DNA from: Candidatus Ornithomonoglobus sp.
GTDB taxonomy: Bacteria; Bacillota; Clostridia; UBA1381
Direction of reading: 5' to 3'
Assembly (NCBI GenBank): GCA_045596105.1
Contig: JAZOBR010000032.1
Coordinates: 1 to 32,526, forward strand
Length of the DNA: 32,526 bases
Shown here: positions 1 to 9,755 of the stretch, one piece after another
Layout of the letters: each line of letters starts with the position of its first letter
How positions within the stretch are numbered: the first letter of the stretch is position 1
Made by a program: the position numbers and the translations under genes
Notes under the pieces: generated by a model
The model's database searches: none
Seen by the model: the letters and a program-made list of their open reading frames with translations, nothing else
What the model was told of the DNA's origin: nothing

Positions 1-822
<822 letters not shown>

Positions 823-835
823 TTGCTTCATCCTT

Positions 836-2905
836 TCATATTACCCCGCGCTTTAAGTGTCCTCGAGTAAATGTGTTGTCCTTGGGTTTATCCACCCTCT
901 CTCCCGAAAGAGCGTTTTGGTAGGTTTTTAATACCTCCCTCACCTCGTCCTCCGTTTCGGTGGTAAAGAGTAATCTTATTGCATTGACTCCCGAGCCTAT
1001 AAACTCATCTAAAATATCTGCGATGTATATGGGCTTTGAATTAATCAACAGTACCCTGCACCCCTCTTTGCATAAGAGGTTAAATTCCATATTTTTTCTA
1101 TCCCTTAAGGTGTAAGTATTCTTTCCCTTCTGACATCTACCCATTGCCTTTATAGGACAATTACGCATTACCATCAGGGGAAGCCTGCCATAGGCTATTG
1201 CCTCAAGGTCACAATCAATTTTCCCTGATAACTCATATATCTCGCGAAGATTCAATTCAGGTGACAGGGTGATTGCATCAAGATTCTCAAAGGCTTTGCC
1301 TGTAAGGGAATTATAGACATTAAGCCTGAAATCACCGTACCTTACCTTATCACCATATTTCTCTATTGCACCAAAGGATGGTGCTATACATGATTCTGTC
1401 ACTATTTCCTCATCACATAATATATCACCGGGTCTCGTTACTACCTCTGTGTCATGTCCAAGCTCCAATAGTCTTCGGGCAACTGACGGGGACGCATAAA
1501 TCCTCTTTACGACACCCGATTCCATAACTGCCACACCTTGACCGTAGGTTTCAACCTCGGCAGTAAGATACGGCACCCTCTCACAAGCAATGCTCCTATC
1601 CTCAAGGATACAGGGAACAATCTCCTGCTTATCCCTTTTGTATCTCTCCTGCCACAGAAGGTCTGTAAGTCTGCGACGTGTTGCATTTATTTCCTTTATG
1701 GGGACAGTAATTCCATCCTCAAGCATAAGAATGGTCTCCTCACACACAAAGGGTGTGTCACCAAGCTTTTCTAACTGCTTCCTCAGTCTCTCCTCATCAA
1801 GAGATGTCTTTATTGCCCTCTCAGCTTTAACATCACCTGTAACGGTTACGGTATGTCCCTCGTTATCATACGCAGTAAGTCTTATAGGCTCACCCATAGA
1901 CAGAGCCGCAACCATAGTGATGGGGATTTTTCTTACAATCTTGCCCCCTGCTCTCTCACGAGCCTCAGGGGTATAACTACTGCCTGAATTGTTGGCAGGG
2001 TTTTTGTGGGACATCATATTTTTACCGAGGCTTTCGATGAAATATCCGTCCGTAAAGCCTGAACGGGAAAAGGCATCAATAAGCTCACCTATATCCCTCT
2101 CTGCCACAGGTCTCGGATTATCAATATATTTTCTGTAAACACCGCAAACGGCACTTACGTATTCTGCGCTTTTTAATCTGCCCTCAATCTTTAGTGAGGC
2201 AACACCTATTCTTTTCAGCTCGTCCAAATGCCCGATAAGTGCCATATCCTTAGGACTAAGGATGTATGCCTTATCCACCGCATTGCCATTCTCGAGAAGT
2301 GTATATTCCAGACGACAGGGCTGAGCGCATCTGCCGCGATTGCCACTTCTGCCCCCTAAAATGCTCGACATCAGGCATTGTCCCGAATAGGACATACATA
2401 TTGCGCCATGGACAAAAACCTCGATTTCCGCCCTTGCACCCTTAACTATTTCTTCAATTTCACCCAGGGATAGTTCTCTGGCTAAAACCACCCTTGAAAA
2501 GCCCTGCTTTTCAAGGTAGCGTACACCCTCAAGGCTGGTTACTGTCATCTGTGTGCTTCCGTGAAGTTCCATCTGCGGCAGTACCTTGCGGATATGCCCC
2601 GCAAAGCCCACATCCTGAATTATAAGGGCATCCACACCACATTCCGCCGCCATAATCGCGATTTCTATGGCTTGGGGAAGCTCACGCTCCTTTATAAGAG
2701 TATTAATGGCGCAATGCACCTTCACCCCATAGCCATGGGCGTATTTAACCGCCTCTTCCAATTCCTCTCGTGTAAAATTACCCGCACCTGCACGAGCCGA
2801 GAACGCCGCGGCACCCAAATATATGGCATCTGCTCCCGATTGAACACCTGCTATAAGCTCACTCATTCCCCCTGCAGGGGCTAAAAGTTCCATTGATGTT
2901 TTCAT
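836..2905 (-). CDS. Peptidase U32 family protein, long form with C-terminal extension (YegQ/TrhP-like)
   Basis: 689 aa. The U32 signature EVFVHGAICMSYSGQCLMSS is present, along with an N-terminal ELLAPAG TIM-barrel start. The start ATG overlaps the zapA stop (TAATG). Confidence 0.88.
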   Translation of the reverse strand: MKTSMELLAPAGGMSELIAGVQSGADAIYLGAAAFSARAGAGNFTREELEEAVKYAHGYGVKVHCAINTLIKERELPQAIEIAIMAAECGVDALIIQDVGFAGHIRKVLPQMELHGSTQMTVTSLEGVRYLEKQGFSRVVLARELSLGEIEEIVKGARAEIEVFVHGAICMSYSGQCLMSSILGGRSGNRGRCAQPCRLEYTLLENGNAVDKAYILSPKDMALIGHLDELKRIGVASLKIEGRLKSAEYVSAVCGVYRKYIDNPRPVAERDIGELIDAFSRSGFTDGYFIESLGKNMMSHKNPANNSGSSYTPEARERAGGKIVRKIPITMVAALSMGEPIRLTAYDNEGHTVTVTGDVKAERAIKTSLDEERLRKQLEKLGDTPFVCEETILMLEDGITVPIKEINATRRRLTDLLWQERYKRDKQEIVPCILEDRSIACERVPYLTAEVETYGQGVAVMESGVVKRIYASPSVARRLLELGHDTEVVTRPGDILCDEEIVTESCIAPSFGAIEKYGDKVRYGDFRLNVYNSLTGKAFENLDAITLSPELNLREIYELSGKIDCDLEAIAYGRLPLMVMRNCPIKAMGRCQKGKNTYTLRDRKNMEFNLLCKEGCRVLLINSKPIYIADILDEFIGSGVNAIRLLFTTETEDEVREVLKTYQNALSGERVDKPKDNTFTRGHLKRGVI

Positions 2906-3384
2906 TATTTTCTCTCAAGCATATCAAGAAGCTCGCGCTCTCTTATTGCAAACTCTGCTCTCTGCTTCCTGAGTCTTAAATCTGCCTCCGCTATTTCATT
3001 CTCCAGAATCTTGATTTTCTCCTCTGTGTCACCATTTACACGATGTGCCAGTTCAAGCTCCTCCTCAAGAACAAGGATTCTCTCCTCTGCACCATTCTCA
3101 TCAGTACGGCTTTCAGCAAGCGCCTTTTCAAGCTCCCGGATTTTCATCAATAGCTCAGGAGCAGTTTTGTCTGCGGTGCCTCGGTCAAGAAGCTTGAAAT
3201 ATTCATCACAAATATTTAACGCCGCCAAGACAACAGGTCTCTCCCCCATTACATTTGTACCCTCAGAGATAACCTCTGACACCTTGTCACTTACGTATTT
3301 ACAGATTCTCTCTAAATACTCCGTATCCTCCTCGGCAACTACAGTGTAAATTCTTGAATTGATTGTTACATTTACTCTATTCAT
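2905..3384 (-). CDS. zapA: Cell division protein ZapA with an extended Glu-rich coiled-coil C-terminus
   Basis: The N-terminal ~90 aa (VNVTINSRIYTVVAEEDTEYLERICKYVSDKV...AALNICDEY) fit the ZapA fold pattern. The C-terminal ~65 aa are heptad-like and E/L/R rich. The gene is translationally coupled to its neighbours. Confidence 0.7.
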   Translation of the reverse strand: MNRVNVTINSRIYTVVAEEDTEYLERICKYVSDKVSEVISEGTNVMGERPVVLAALNICDEYFKLLDRGTADKTAPELLMKIRELEKALAESRTDENGAEERILVLEEELELAHRVNGDTEEKIKILENEIAEADLRLRKQRAEFAIRERELLDMLERK

Positions 3385-3387
3385 AGC

Positions 3388-4326
3388 TTACCCCTCTGAA
3401 TTAATAATATTTGTGTCCCTCGACAAATAATCCCCAATGGCAATGGAGCCGAAATCATTGACTCTCTTGCCGTCCATATAAAACTGCACTCTGCCGATGG
3501 TCTGAAGCTCCGTAAGTGAGTTTACGATTGAATATATAACCAGCCTCTCATGGATGTCGGAGCCCTCGTTCTCTGCCAAAAAGCTTGACCTAAAATTAAG
3601 ATAGCATATGTTTTCCTCCACATCCACCGATACAAGCACCGTATCATCGGACAAGAGACTTTTTGCCATCTTGCTTTTCGTTCCCTTGATAAGCTCGTTT
3701 ATAATATATTGCTCTATTGGTTGCTGGTCGGTAATGGTAATGGAACGCATCTCTCTTACAAGCATATCCTCCGCAGGATTTGCAAAGTAAAGAGCCACCT
3801 GCCTTACCTCACTCTGATATTCTTCTGTTTCAAGGTTTATGTCGGAGGCATCTATAAATCCCAGCTTGTTTCCGTCCTTATCTCGAATCGCCTTGCCACC
3901 TGCCAACACCTTCACGCTTGATACCACCGAGGTGGATGACAGGGTCTTTACCACCGCATAAACATTAAGAACATTCCTTGATGGGTCATCGGTCATAAAG
4001 TTCTCCGATAAATTAACCATAAGTTGATTTCCTGACAGCCTGATTTCCGTTACCTCCGTATCACGGGGCATTACTGCACCGAGATTTGACTGAGACGGTC
4101 CTCGGCGTAGCTTTTTGAGGGTATTGCGAATAAGCTCGTCCTCATTTTTATAACGCACAGTGTCCTTGCGCGCCTCAATACCCGAACCGTCAGCATTCAG
4201 AAAATATAAATCTATCTTAGTTTTATCACTGCCTCGGTCAACTGATATCCATATGGCACATATTACCGCCACAAGCAAGGATACCACGCAAACAACCGTT
4301 GCCGCAAGCTTTGCCTTAGCACTCAT
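3388..4326 (-). CDS. gerM: Membrane-anchored GerM (GerMN) domain protein
   Basis: I take the start at the ATG at 4326 (MSAKAKLAATVVCVVSLLVAVICAIW, an N-terminal TM), with a GAGGAA SD 7 nt upstream. The longer ORF to 4410 would overlap the kinase. Two repeated beta-rich modules are typical of GerMN domains. Confidence 0.7.
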   Translation of the reverse strand: MSAKAKLAATVVCVVSLLVAVICAIWISVDRGSDKTKIDLYFLNADGSGIEARKDTVRYKNEDELIRNTLKKLRRGPSQSNLGAVMPRDTEVTEIRLSGNQLMVNLSENFMTDDPSRNVLNVYAVVKTLSSTSVVSSVKVLAGGKAIRDKDGNKLGFIDASDINLETEEYQSEVRQVALYFANPAEDMLVREMRSITITDQQPIEQYIINELIKGTKSKMAKSLLSDDTVLVSVDVEENICYLNFRSSFLAENEGSDIHERLVIYSIVNSLTELQTIGRVQFYMDGKRVNDFGSIAIGDYLSRDTNIINSEG

Positions 4327-4339
4327 ATTATCATTCCTC

Positions 4340-5845
4340 TTATTTATTACTCTCCGGTCTCGGCAACACAAGTCTGAATATGCTTCCGCCGCCCTCTCTG
4401 TCCGTAACATCTACGGAGCCGTTATGAAGCTGTACCGCCTCCTTGGTAATGGCAAGGCCTAGGCCTGTGCCGCCTGTGTCTCTTGCGCGGGAATCGTCAA
4501 GACGATAGAAACGGTCAAATATCTTTGTTTTCTCACCATCAGGAATCCCGGGGCCATTGTCCTCCACCTCAACCTGACAGTCTGAGTCTGTCATTTTCAC
4601 ACGCACCGTAACACGCCCGTCCTCGGGAGTGTACTTGATTGCGTTTACACACAGGTTATATACGCACTCATAAATTTTATCGTAATCCACCATTATAACC
4701 GTCTGGTCTGTGTCTCGGTCAAAATCAAGGGTGATTTCCTTCTCGAAGGCAAGCTTTGTAAGGCTTCTTACCACGCCCTCGCAAAGCTCGGCAATGTCTA
4801 CCTGACTAAGATTCAATTCTGCATTTGAATCAAGTCTTGACAGTTCCAACAGACGGTCAATAAGTCTTGTAAGACGGTCAACCTCCTCGGACATATCATT
4901 CAAAAATTCACGAATGGTATCCATATCGGGGGACTCTGCCTTAACCAAACTGTCACACAAAAGCTTGATTCCTGCCATGGGAGTCTTAAGCTCGTGGGAA
5001 ACATCGGATACGAAATTCCTACGCTTTTCGTCCAGAGCATTAAGCTCATCACACATAAAGTTGAGCGCCTGTCCCATCTCTGCAATCTCTCGGCTACCCT
5101 TAACCTCCGCCCTGCGGGAGAAGTCTCCCTTTGAAATCGCGCGGGCAACAGCTGTAAACTGTGCAATGGGTCTTGTGATAACATATCCTATGCCCAGACT
5201 TATAAGCCCAATTACAAATACCATCAGGATACTGAAAAGGACCAGACTTGTCCTTATTGCTCTAAGGGTATCATTTATTGACGACAGGTTTTCTGCAAGG
5301 TACACACTGCCTACAATCTCACCGCCGTATTCAATCGGCACCGATACCGCCAGAGTTTCACCATTGTCCGCCTCAAAGGTGGAGTCCGCCTGCTGACCGT
5401 CAAGGGCGCGCTTTATGCAATTACGCATAAACACCTTGCCCATCATATTAGCCTCGCGGTTGTTGTCGTACATAACGGTATAGGAGTTGTTTGTAACAAC
5501 ACCTCGGATGTTCGTACCTGCCAAAAGCCTCTCCATAATATCGTCAATACGAAGCTCCATAACGCCCTCGTCATTTTCGTCCCACGAGCTGGAAATGGAT
5601 TGCGCAGTTATATTTGCCTTTGCATAAAGGTCTATTCTCTCGTCAGAGTGCAGGTTCTCGTCAAGGATACCCACACTAAAGGTATACATCAGCACAAGGG
5701 TTATCACCGTTACTGCAAGATACGCCACAAGCATGGTGAATCTTACGGTATGGACATTCTTATTGAGCTTGTCCCTTAATCCCTTTACCTTGGGTGAATT
5801 AAAGCAATTCTTAACCCTGCTCCATCCTGTAATAATATCCAACAC
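4340..5845 (-). CDS. Sensor histidine kinase (TM, ~150-aa extracytoplasmic domain, TM, HAMP, HisKA, HATPase_c)
   Basis: The H-box FVSDVSHELKTPMAGI, the G1 box DNGPGIP and the G2 box GGTGLGLAI are present, with two TM segments. The annotated start at 5845 is GTG and overlaps the regulator's 3' end by 35 nt, so the exact start is uncertain. Confidence 0.9.
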   Translation of the reverse strand: MLDIITGWSRVKNCFNSPKVKGLRDKLNKNVHTVRFTMLVAYLAVTVITLVLMYTFSVGILDENLHSDERIDLYAKANITAQSISSSWDENDEGVMELRIDDIMERLLAGTNIRGVVTNNSYTVMYDNNREANMMGKVFMRNCIKRALDGQQADSTFEADNGETLAVSVPIEYGGEIVGSVYLAENLSSINDTLRAIRTSLVLFSILMVFVIGLISLGIGYVITRPIAQFTAVARAISKGDFSRRAEVKGSREIAEMGQALNFMCDELNALDEKRRNFVSDVSHELKTPMAGIKLLCDSLVKAESPDMDTIREFLNDMSEEVDRLTRLIDRLLELSRLDSNAELNLSQVDIAELCEGVVRSLTKLAFEKEITLDFDRDTDQTVIMVDYDKIYECVYNLCVNAIKYTPEDGRVTVRVKMTDSDCQVEVEDNGPGIPDGEKTKIFDRFYRLDDSRARDTGGTGLGLAITKEAVQLHNGSVDVTDREGGGSIFRLVLPRPESNK

Positions 5846-6500
5846 CCCACTTAGTTCTCAAGTATTTCGGCTCTGCCGGATTATCCTCAATCTTTTCTCT
5901 CAATCGGCGCATATGTACGTCAATTGTTCTCTCCTCGGAGGGATAACCGATACCCCACAGAATATCAAGGAGATTTTCTCTTGTATAAACCTTTTCAGGA
6001 TTCTTTAAAAACAGCTCAAGCAAATCAAACTCCTTGCCTGTAAGCTCGACTATTCTCTCTCCCACCATTGCTCGGCGGAAATTATAGTCAAGGGTAATAT
6101 TACCCGATATCATCATCTTGCTTTTATCACCCTTCGGCTCGCGAGTAACACGACGCAGAATTGCCTTGATTCTTGCCTCAACCTCACGAATGTTAAACGG
6201 CTTTGTGATATAGTCATCTGCACCGTACTCAAGACCAAGAATCTTGTCCACATCCTCACTCTTTGCAGTAAGCATAATTATAGGTACATTTGAAAAACCG
6301 CGAATTGTACGGCATGCCGTAAATCCATCAATCTTTGGAAGCATCAAATCAAGCAGGATTACATCTATGCTCTCATCGTGGGCAAGCCTTACCGCTTCCT
6401 CACCGTCAAAGGCGGTGATTACCTGATAACCCTCCTGCTCAAGATTGAATTTTATGCCTTTTACCAATAGCTTTTCGTCGTCTACAACTAATATTTTCAT
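5811..6500 (-). CDS. OmpR/PhoB-family DNA-binding response regulator
   Basis: The receiver domain begins MKILVVDDE and has the LLDLMLP phospho-acceptor Asp context. A C-terminal winged helix is present (RTKWGVGYYY). The ATG at 6500 is preferred over the in-frame GTG at 6524, but both are possible. Confidence 0.9.
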   Translation of the reverse strand: MKILVVDDEKLLVKGIKFNLEQEGYQVITAFDGEEAVRLAHDESIDVILLDLMLPKIDGFTACRTIRGFSNVPIIMLTAKSEDVDKILGLEYGADDYITKPFNIREVEARIKAILRRVTREPKGDKSKMMISGNITLDYNFRRAMVGERIVELTGKEFDLLELFLKNPEKVYTRENLLDILWGIGYPSEERTIDVHMRRLREKIEDNPAEPKYLRTKWGVGYYYRMEQG

Positions 6501-6555
6501 AGCTTTTGAATCATTCCCTTTCACAAATTCCGGAAACTATAACTCTCCATTTTTC

Positions 6556-6584
6556 ATTATATCAAAAATACGCATAAATTTCCA
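6556..6584 (-). promoter_or_regulatory. Putative sigma-A promoter for the two-component/division gene string
   Basis: The minus strand reads TGGAAA-17 nt-TATAAT with an extended TGa upstream of the -10. It lies ~55 nt upstream of the regulator start. Confidence 0.4.
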
Positions 6585-6634
6585 TAGTTTTTTTAAAAAT
6601 TATAGTAAAAACCTTTAAAAAAATCACAATACTA

Positions 6635-6663
6635 TTGAAATTTTTTGTTATTTTTTGTATAAT
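6635..6663 (+). promoter_or_regulatory. Putative sigma-A promoter for the D-Ala-D-Ala carboxypeptidase gene
   Basis: TTGAAA (6635-6640), a 17-nt spacer, then TATAAT (6658-6663), in an AT-rich divergent intergenic region. Confidence 0.5.
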
Positions 6664-6720
6664 GATTGTTGAGTACGGTTTTATTTGGTGTTATAACTAC
6701 AAAAACGGAGGATGTTTACT

Positions 6721-8187
6721 ATGATAAAATTTAAAAAAACAGCGGCACTCTTACTTGCGGCAATGATGCTTATGGCACCTGCCGTAACCTATGCCGAGCC
6801 TGAGAGTGACTCAGCAGTTTATATAGAGGATGCAGGCCTCACTGCACCCGACACCTCAAAGGCAGGTGCGGTGCTTTTGATGGATATGAAATCCGACCGA
6901 GTAATCTACTCAAAGAACGCGGACAAGAAAATGTATCCTGCATCACTTACAAAGATGATGACGGCAATTATTGCTCTTGAGAGTGATAAAATGGGCGACA
7001 CCGTCACCGCAACCTATGAGGCTTTGGAGAGCATCACCCTTGAGGATTCACATATGGGTATTCTTATTGGTGAAGAGCTCACCATGACAGACCTGGTCAA
7101 CAGTACCCTCATCTACAGTGCAAATGATGCGGCAAATGTAATGGCGGTGCATATCGGCGGCTCTATCCCTGCATTTATTGATATTATGAACGCAAAGGCA
7201 CAGAAGCTTGGGCTTACAGATACTCACTTCGCAAACGCCTGCGGTGTTCACGATGATGACCATTACACAACTGCCACAGATATGGCAAAGCTTGCAAAGT
7301 ATTGTATGAAAAACGAGACCTTCCGCGAAATCGTCAAGAAGCCCTCATATCATATCAATCCCACAAACAAGTACACACAGAATCGTGATTTACCCACAAC
7401 TAACCTGTTTTTGAGCTCGGCTCGTTCGGCACATCACGTATACTCACCCTGTAACGGTATTAAGACAGGTACAACAGAGGCGGCAGGACATTGTCTTGTA
7501 TCCTCTGCAGTATATAACGGAATGGAGCTTTTGTCGGTTGTTCTTAAGGCAAGTGACATAAATGTTGATGCAGGCGCTTATTCCTACACAGTATCACGCG
7601 CAATGTTCGATTTCGGCTTCAATAACTACGAGTCGGGCATATTGGCATCACCCGGTACAGTAGTTGCCGATTCAAAGGTTTACGAGGCAAAGAAGGACAA
7701 GCGTGTAACCCTGACGGTTGACGAGGAAATCCACGCGCTTATCCCCAAGGGCAAGGACATCTCCTCAGAGATTACATCAGAGGTTGTGCTTAATGAGAAT
7801 ATCGCGGCACCCATTCTGAAGGGTGATGTATTGGGTAGGGTTGTTTACAAATACAAGGATGCTGAAATTGCGGCGGCAGACCTGCTTGCAGCAAATGATG
7901 TTGAGAGGAACCACGTGCTTCACGTTTTTCACATCATCATCAACTTCCTGACAAACCCCCTTGTGTTCATCCCTGCAATCCTGATTATTATAGCAATCCT
8001 CGTTAACCGTTCACGCAAGATGCGTGCGGAAAGAAGACGTAAGCTTCACCAGATTCGTGAAAGACGCGCCATTGAGGAGAATGACCCTGAGCTATATGCA
8101 AAGAAACGCAGAATGCGAAATTCTGAGCTTAACCACAGCCGTTCAAAGGGTGCAAACTCCCGCTACCGCGGTGATAAGAAAGACTAA
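6721..8187 (+). CDS. Serine-type D-Ala-D-Ala carboxypeptidase (PBP5/DacB-like, peptidase S11) with a C-terminal TM and basic tail
   Basis: A signal peptide is present, plus the SxxK (ASLTK), SxN (YSAND) and KTG (IKTGTT) motifs. The ATG at 6721 has ~10 nt spacing from GGAGG at 6706-6710, whereas the ATG at 6712 abuts the SD. Confidence 0.9.
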   Translation: MIKFKKTAALLLAAMMLMAPAVTYAEPESDSAVYIEDAGLTAPDTSKAGAVLLMDMKSDRVIYSKNADKKMYPASLTKMMTAIIALESDKMGDTVTATYEALESITLEDSHMGILIGEELTMTDLVNSTLIYSANDAANVMAVHIGGSIPAFIDIMNAKAQKLGLTDTHFANACGVHDDDHYTTATDMAKLAKYCMKNETFREIVKKPSYHINPTNKYTQNRDLPTTNLFLSSARSAHHVYSPCNGIKTGTTEAAGHCLVSSAVYNGMELLSVVLKASDINVDAGAYSYTVSRAMFDFGFNNYESGILASPGTVVADSKVYEAKKDKRVTLTVDEEIHALIPKGKDISSEITSEVVLNENIAAPILKGDVLGRVVYKYKDAEIAAADLLAANDVERNHVLHVFHIIINFLTNPLVFIPAILIIIAILVNRSRKMRAERRRKLHQIRERRAIEENDPELYAKKRRMRNSELNHSRSKGANSRYRGDKKD

Positions 8188-8188
8188 A

Positions 8189-8226
8189 CAAAAATAGCAC
8201 TTGCATGTGCAAGTGCTATTTTTTTG
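8189..8226. terminator. Bidirectional rho-independent terminator between convergent genes
   Basis: A perfect palindrome ATAGCACTTGCA/TGCAAGTGCTAT is flanked by an A-run on the left and a T-run on the right. Confidence 0.8.
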
Positions 8227-8227
8227 C

Positions 8228-9115
8228 TTACTTTGTTTCTGTTTTTATAATCTCTGTCAGTGAGGTTGCCAAGCCTGCCAGACCCTGCAGGTCTGAGGGA
8301 ACAACAATCTTTGTTGCCTGTCCGTTTGCAAGCACTCCCAGGCTCTCCAATGACTTGATTGTAAGGTAGCCCTCCTTGGGGTCCGCCTCATTTATAAGTC
8401 TGATACCCTCAGCTACTGCCTTCTGTACCTCCAGAATTGCCTGTGCCTGTCCTTCCGCCTCGCGGATTTCCGCTTCCTTCTTTGCCTCCGCACGAAGGAT
8501 TAAGCTTTCCTTTTCACCCTCGGCAATAAGGATTGCACTCTTCTTTTCACCCTCGGCAATAAGGATGCTCTCACGACGCTCACGCTCCGCCTTCATCTGC
8601 TTCTCCATGGCATCACGAATTGCCTGAGGAGGCATAATGTTCTTGAGCTCAACTCGGTTTACCTTAATACCCCAGGGGTCGGTTGCCTCGTCAAGGATAA
8701 CTCTCATACGAGTGTTGATTGTGTCGCGGGATGTAAGAGTCTCGTCAAGCTCCAAATCACCGATAATGTTACGCAGGGTTGTTGCAGTAAGATTCTCGAT
8801 TGCCATCATGGGACGCTCGACACCATAGGTGTACAGCTTCGGGTCTGTAATCTGGTAATACACTACTGTATCAATCTGCATTGTAACGTTATCCTTAGTA
8901 ATAACGGGCTGTGGCTCAAAATCCACCACCTGCTCCTTTAGGTTGACCTTCTTTGCAATACGGTCAATGAAGGGAATCTTCAAATGCATACCAACAGGCC
9001 ATGTCGCCTGATACGCACCAAGACGCTCAATAATATATGCGTGTGTCTGCGGAACAATTTTGATGTTGGAAATAACCAAAATCAAAAGAATTACAAGTAA
9101 TATTAAAATCAACAT
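8228..9115 (-). CDS. SPFH/band-7 (stomatin/QmcA-like) membrane protein
   Basis: An N-terminal TM is followed by the PQTHAYIIERLGAY SPFH start. The C-terminus has 11-aa AEGEK repeats, as in E. coli QmcA. The gene sits downstream of an NfeD gene. Confidence 0.88.
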   Translation of the reverse strand: MLILILLVILLILVISNIKIVPQTHAYIIERLGAYQATWPVGMHLKIPFIDRIAKKVNLKEQVVDFEPQPVITKDNVTMQIDTVVYYQITDPKLYTYGVERPMMAIENLTATTLRNIIGDLELDETLTSRDTINTRMRVILDEATDPWGIKVNRVELKNIMPPQAIRDAMEKQMKAERERRESILIAEGEKKSAILIAEGEKESLILRAEAKKEAEIREAEGQAQAILEVQKAVAEGIRLINEADPKEGYLTIKSLESLGVLANGQATKIVVPSDLQGLAGLATSLTEIIKTETK

Positions 9116-9127
9116 ATGATTTCCCCC

Positions 9128-9553
9128 TTATTCAACAATAATTTTCACACCCTCGATGCGTTTTACCTCCAGGACAGTACCTTCGGGAATTTTCTTGCCC
9201 GACTCTGAACGGACACTCCATACCAATCCCTCAAGTTTGCCCTGTCCCTTACCGTTGATGTTATCAACCCCCTCGGTAATAAGCACCTTTTCACCGATTA
9301 ATCTGTCAGCATTGGTCTTTGTTTTCCTGGCATCAAGTCGTTTCATTGCCATAGGTCTCACAATAATCAATAATACTATTGATACTGCCATAAAGACCGT
9401 CATCTGCACTCGGAAGCCACCGCCCATAAGACTTGTTAGCAAAGCACAGATTGAGCCTGCAATAAACCATACCGATACCATCTGGTAGGTCGCAGCCTCA
9501 AGTATTATAAAGGCAACAACGGCTATAATCCATATTATTCCTGCTATGGGCAT
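9128..9553 (-). CDS. NfeD-family membrane protein (C-terminal OB-fold)
   Basis: I take the start at the ATG at 9553 (MPIAGIIWI), preceded by AAAGGAGGTGGAG. Three or four TM helices are followed by a soluble beta-rich C-terminus. This is the classical NfeD-SPFH gene pair. Confidence 0.8.
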   Translation of the reverse strand: MPIAGIIWIIAVVAFIILEAATYQMVSVWFIAGSICALLTSLMGGGFRVQMTVFMAVSIVLLIIVRPMAMKRLDARKTKTNADRLIGEKVLITEGVDNINGKGQGKLEGLVWSVRSESGKKIPEGTVLEVKRIEGVKIIVE

Positions 9554-9577
9554 AACTCCACCTCCTTTTATACTTTC

Positions 9578-9606
9578 ATTATACCACAATCTTTATTCAG
9601 GCGCAA
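9578..9606 (-). promoter_or_regulatory. Putative sigma-A promoter of the nfeD-SPFH operon
   Basis: The minus strand reads TTGCGC-17 nt-TATAAT with an extended TGg, ~25 nt upstream of the nfeD start. Confidence 0.5.
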
Positions 9607-9755
9607 CAGTTTTTTTGCGAAAGAAAAGGCAGGGGCTTTGATATGCGCCTCCAAAAGTGTCTGACTTTGGGGTTCACTTCATTCTTATCACAAATCGTCG
9701 TTTCTCTTTGGGAAAGCAGAACCATAAAGATATTTATAATTTTTATCATATGCAA

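Noticed and set aside
3388-4410. Long N-terminal extensions offered by the ORF track (gerM from 4410, mscL from 16668, glgA from 28638, GH13 from 24370, glgD from 29914, glgC from 31147, nfeD from 9589)
   Set aside because: In each case the upstream start overlaps the preceding gene, is a non-ATG codon, or abuts or lacks an SD. A downstream ATG has a properly spaced GGAGG-type SD and gives the canonical family N-terminus.
8510-8566. Exact 24-nt tandem duplication (CTTTTCACCCTCGGCAATAAGGAT, period 33 nt) inside the SPFH gene
   Set aside because: It encodes consecutive 11-aa ILIAEGEK units. Repeats of this 11-residue unit are a known feature of the stomatin/QmcA C-terminal coiled coil (E. coli QmcA has ILEAEG/ILKAEGEK repeats). 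It is in-frame and most simply a family feature with local gene-conversion-like identity, not a separate element.
8228-9553. The NfeD-SPFH pair as a candidate novel or defence module
   Set aside because: This two-gene arrangement is the widespread, well-described NfeD/stomatin operon. No additional associated genes are present.
9599-9650. 7-bp inverted repeat AGGCGCA ... TGCGCCT overlapping the nfeD -35 element
   Set aside because: It is short, its arms are separated by 38 nt, it has no second supporting feature, and it could easily arise by chance. It is noted only as a possible operator.
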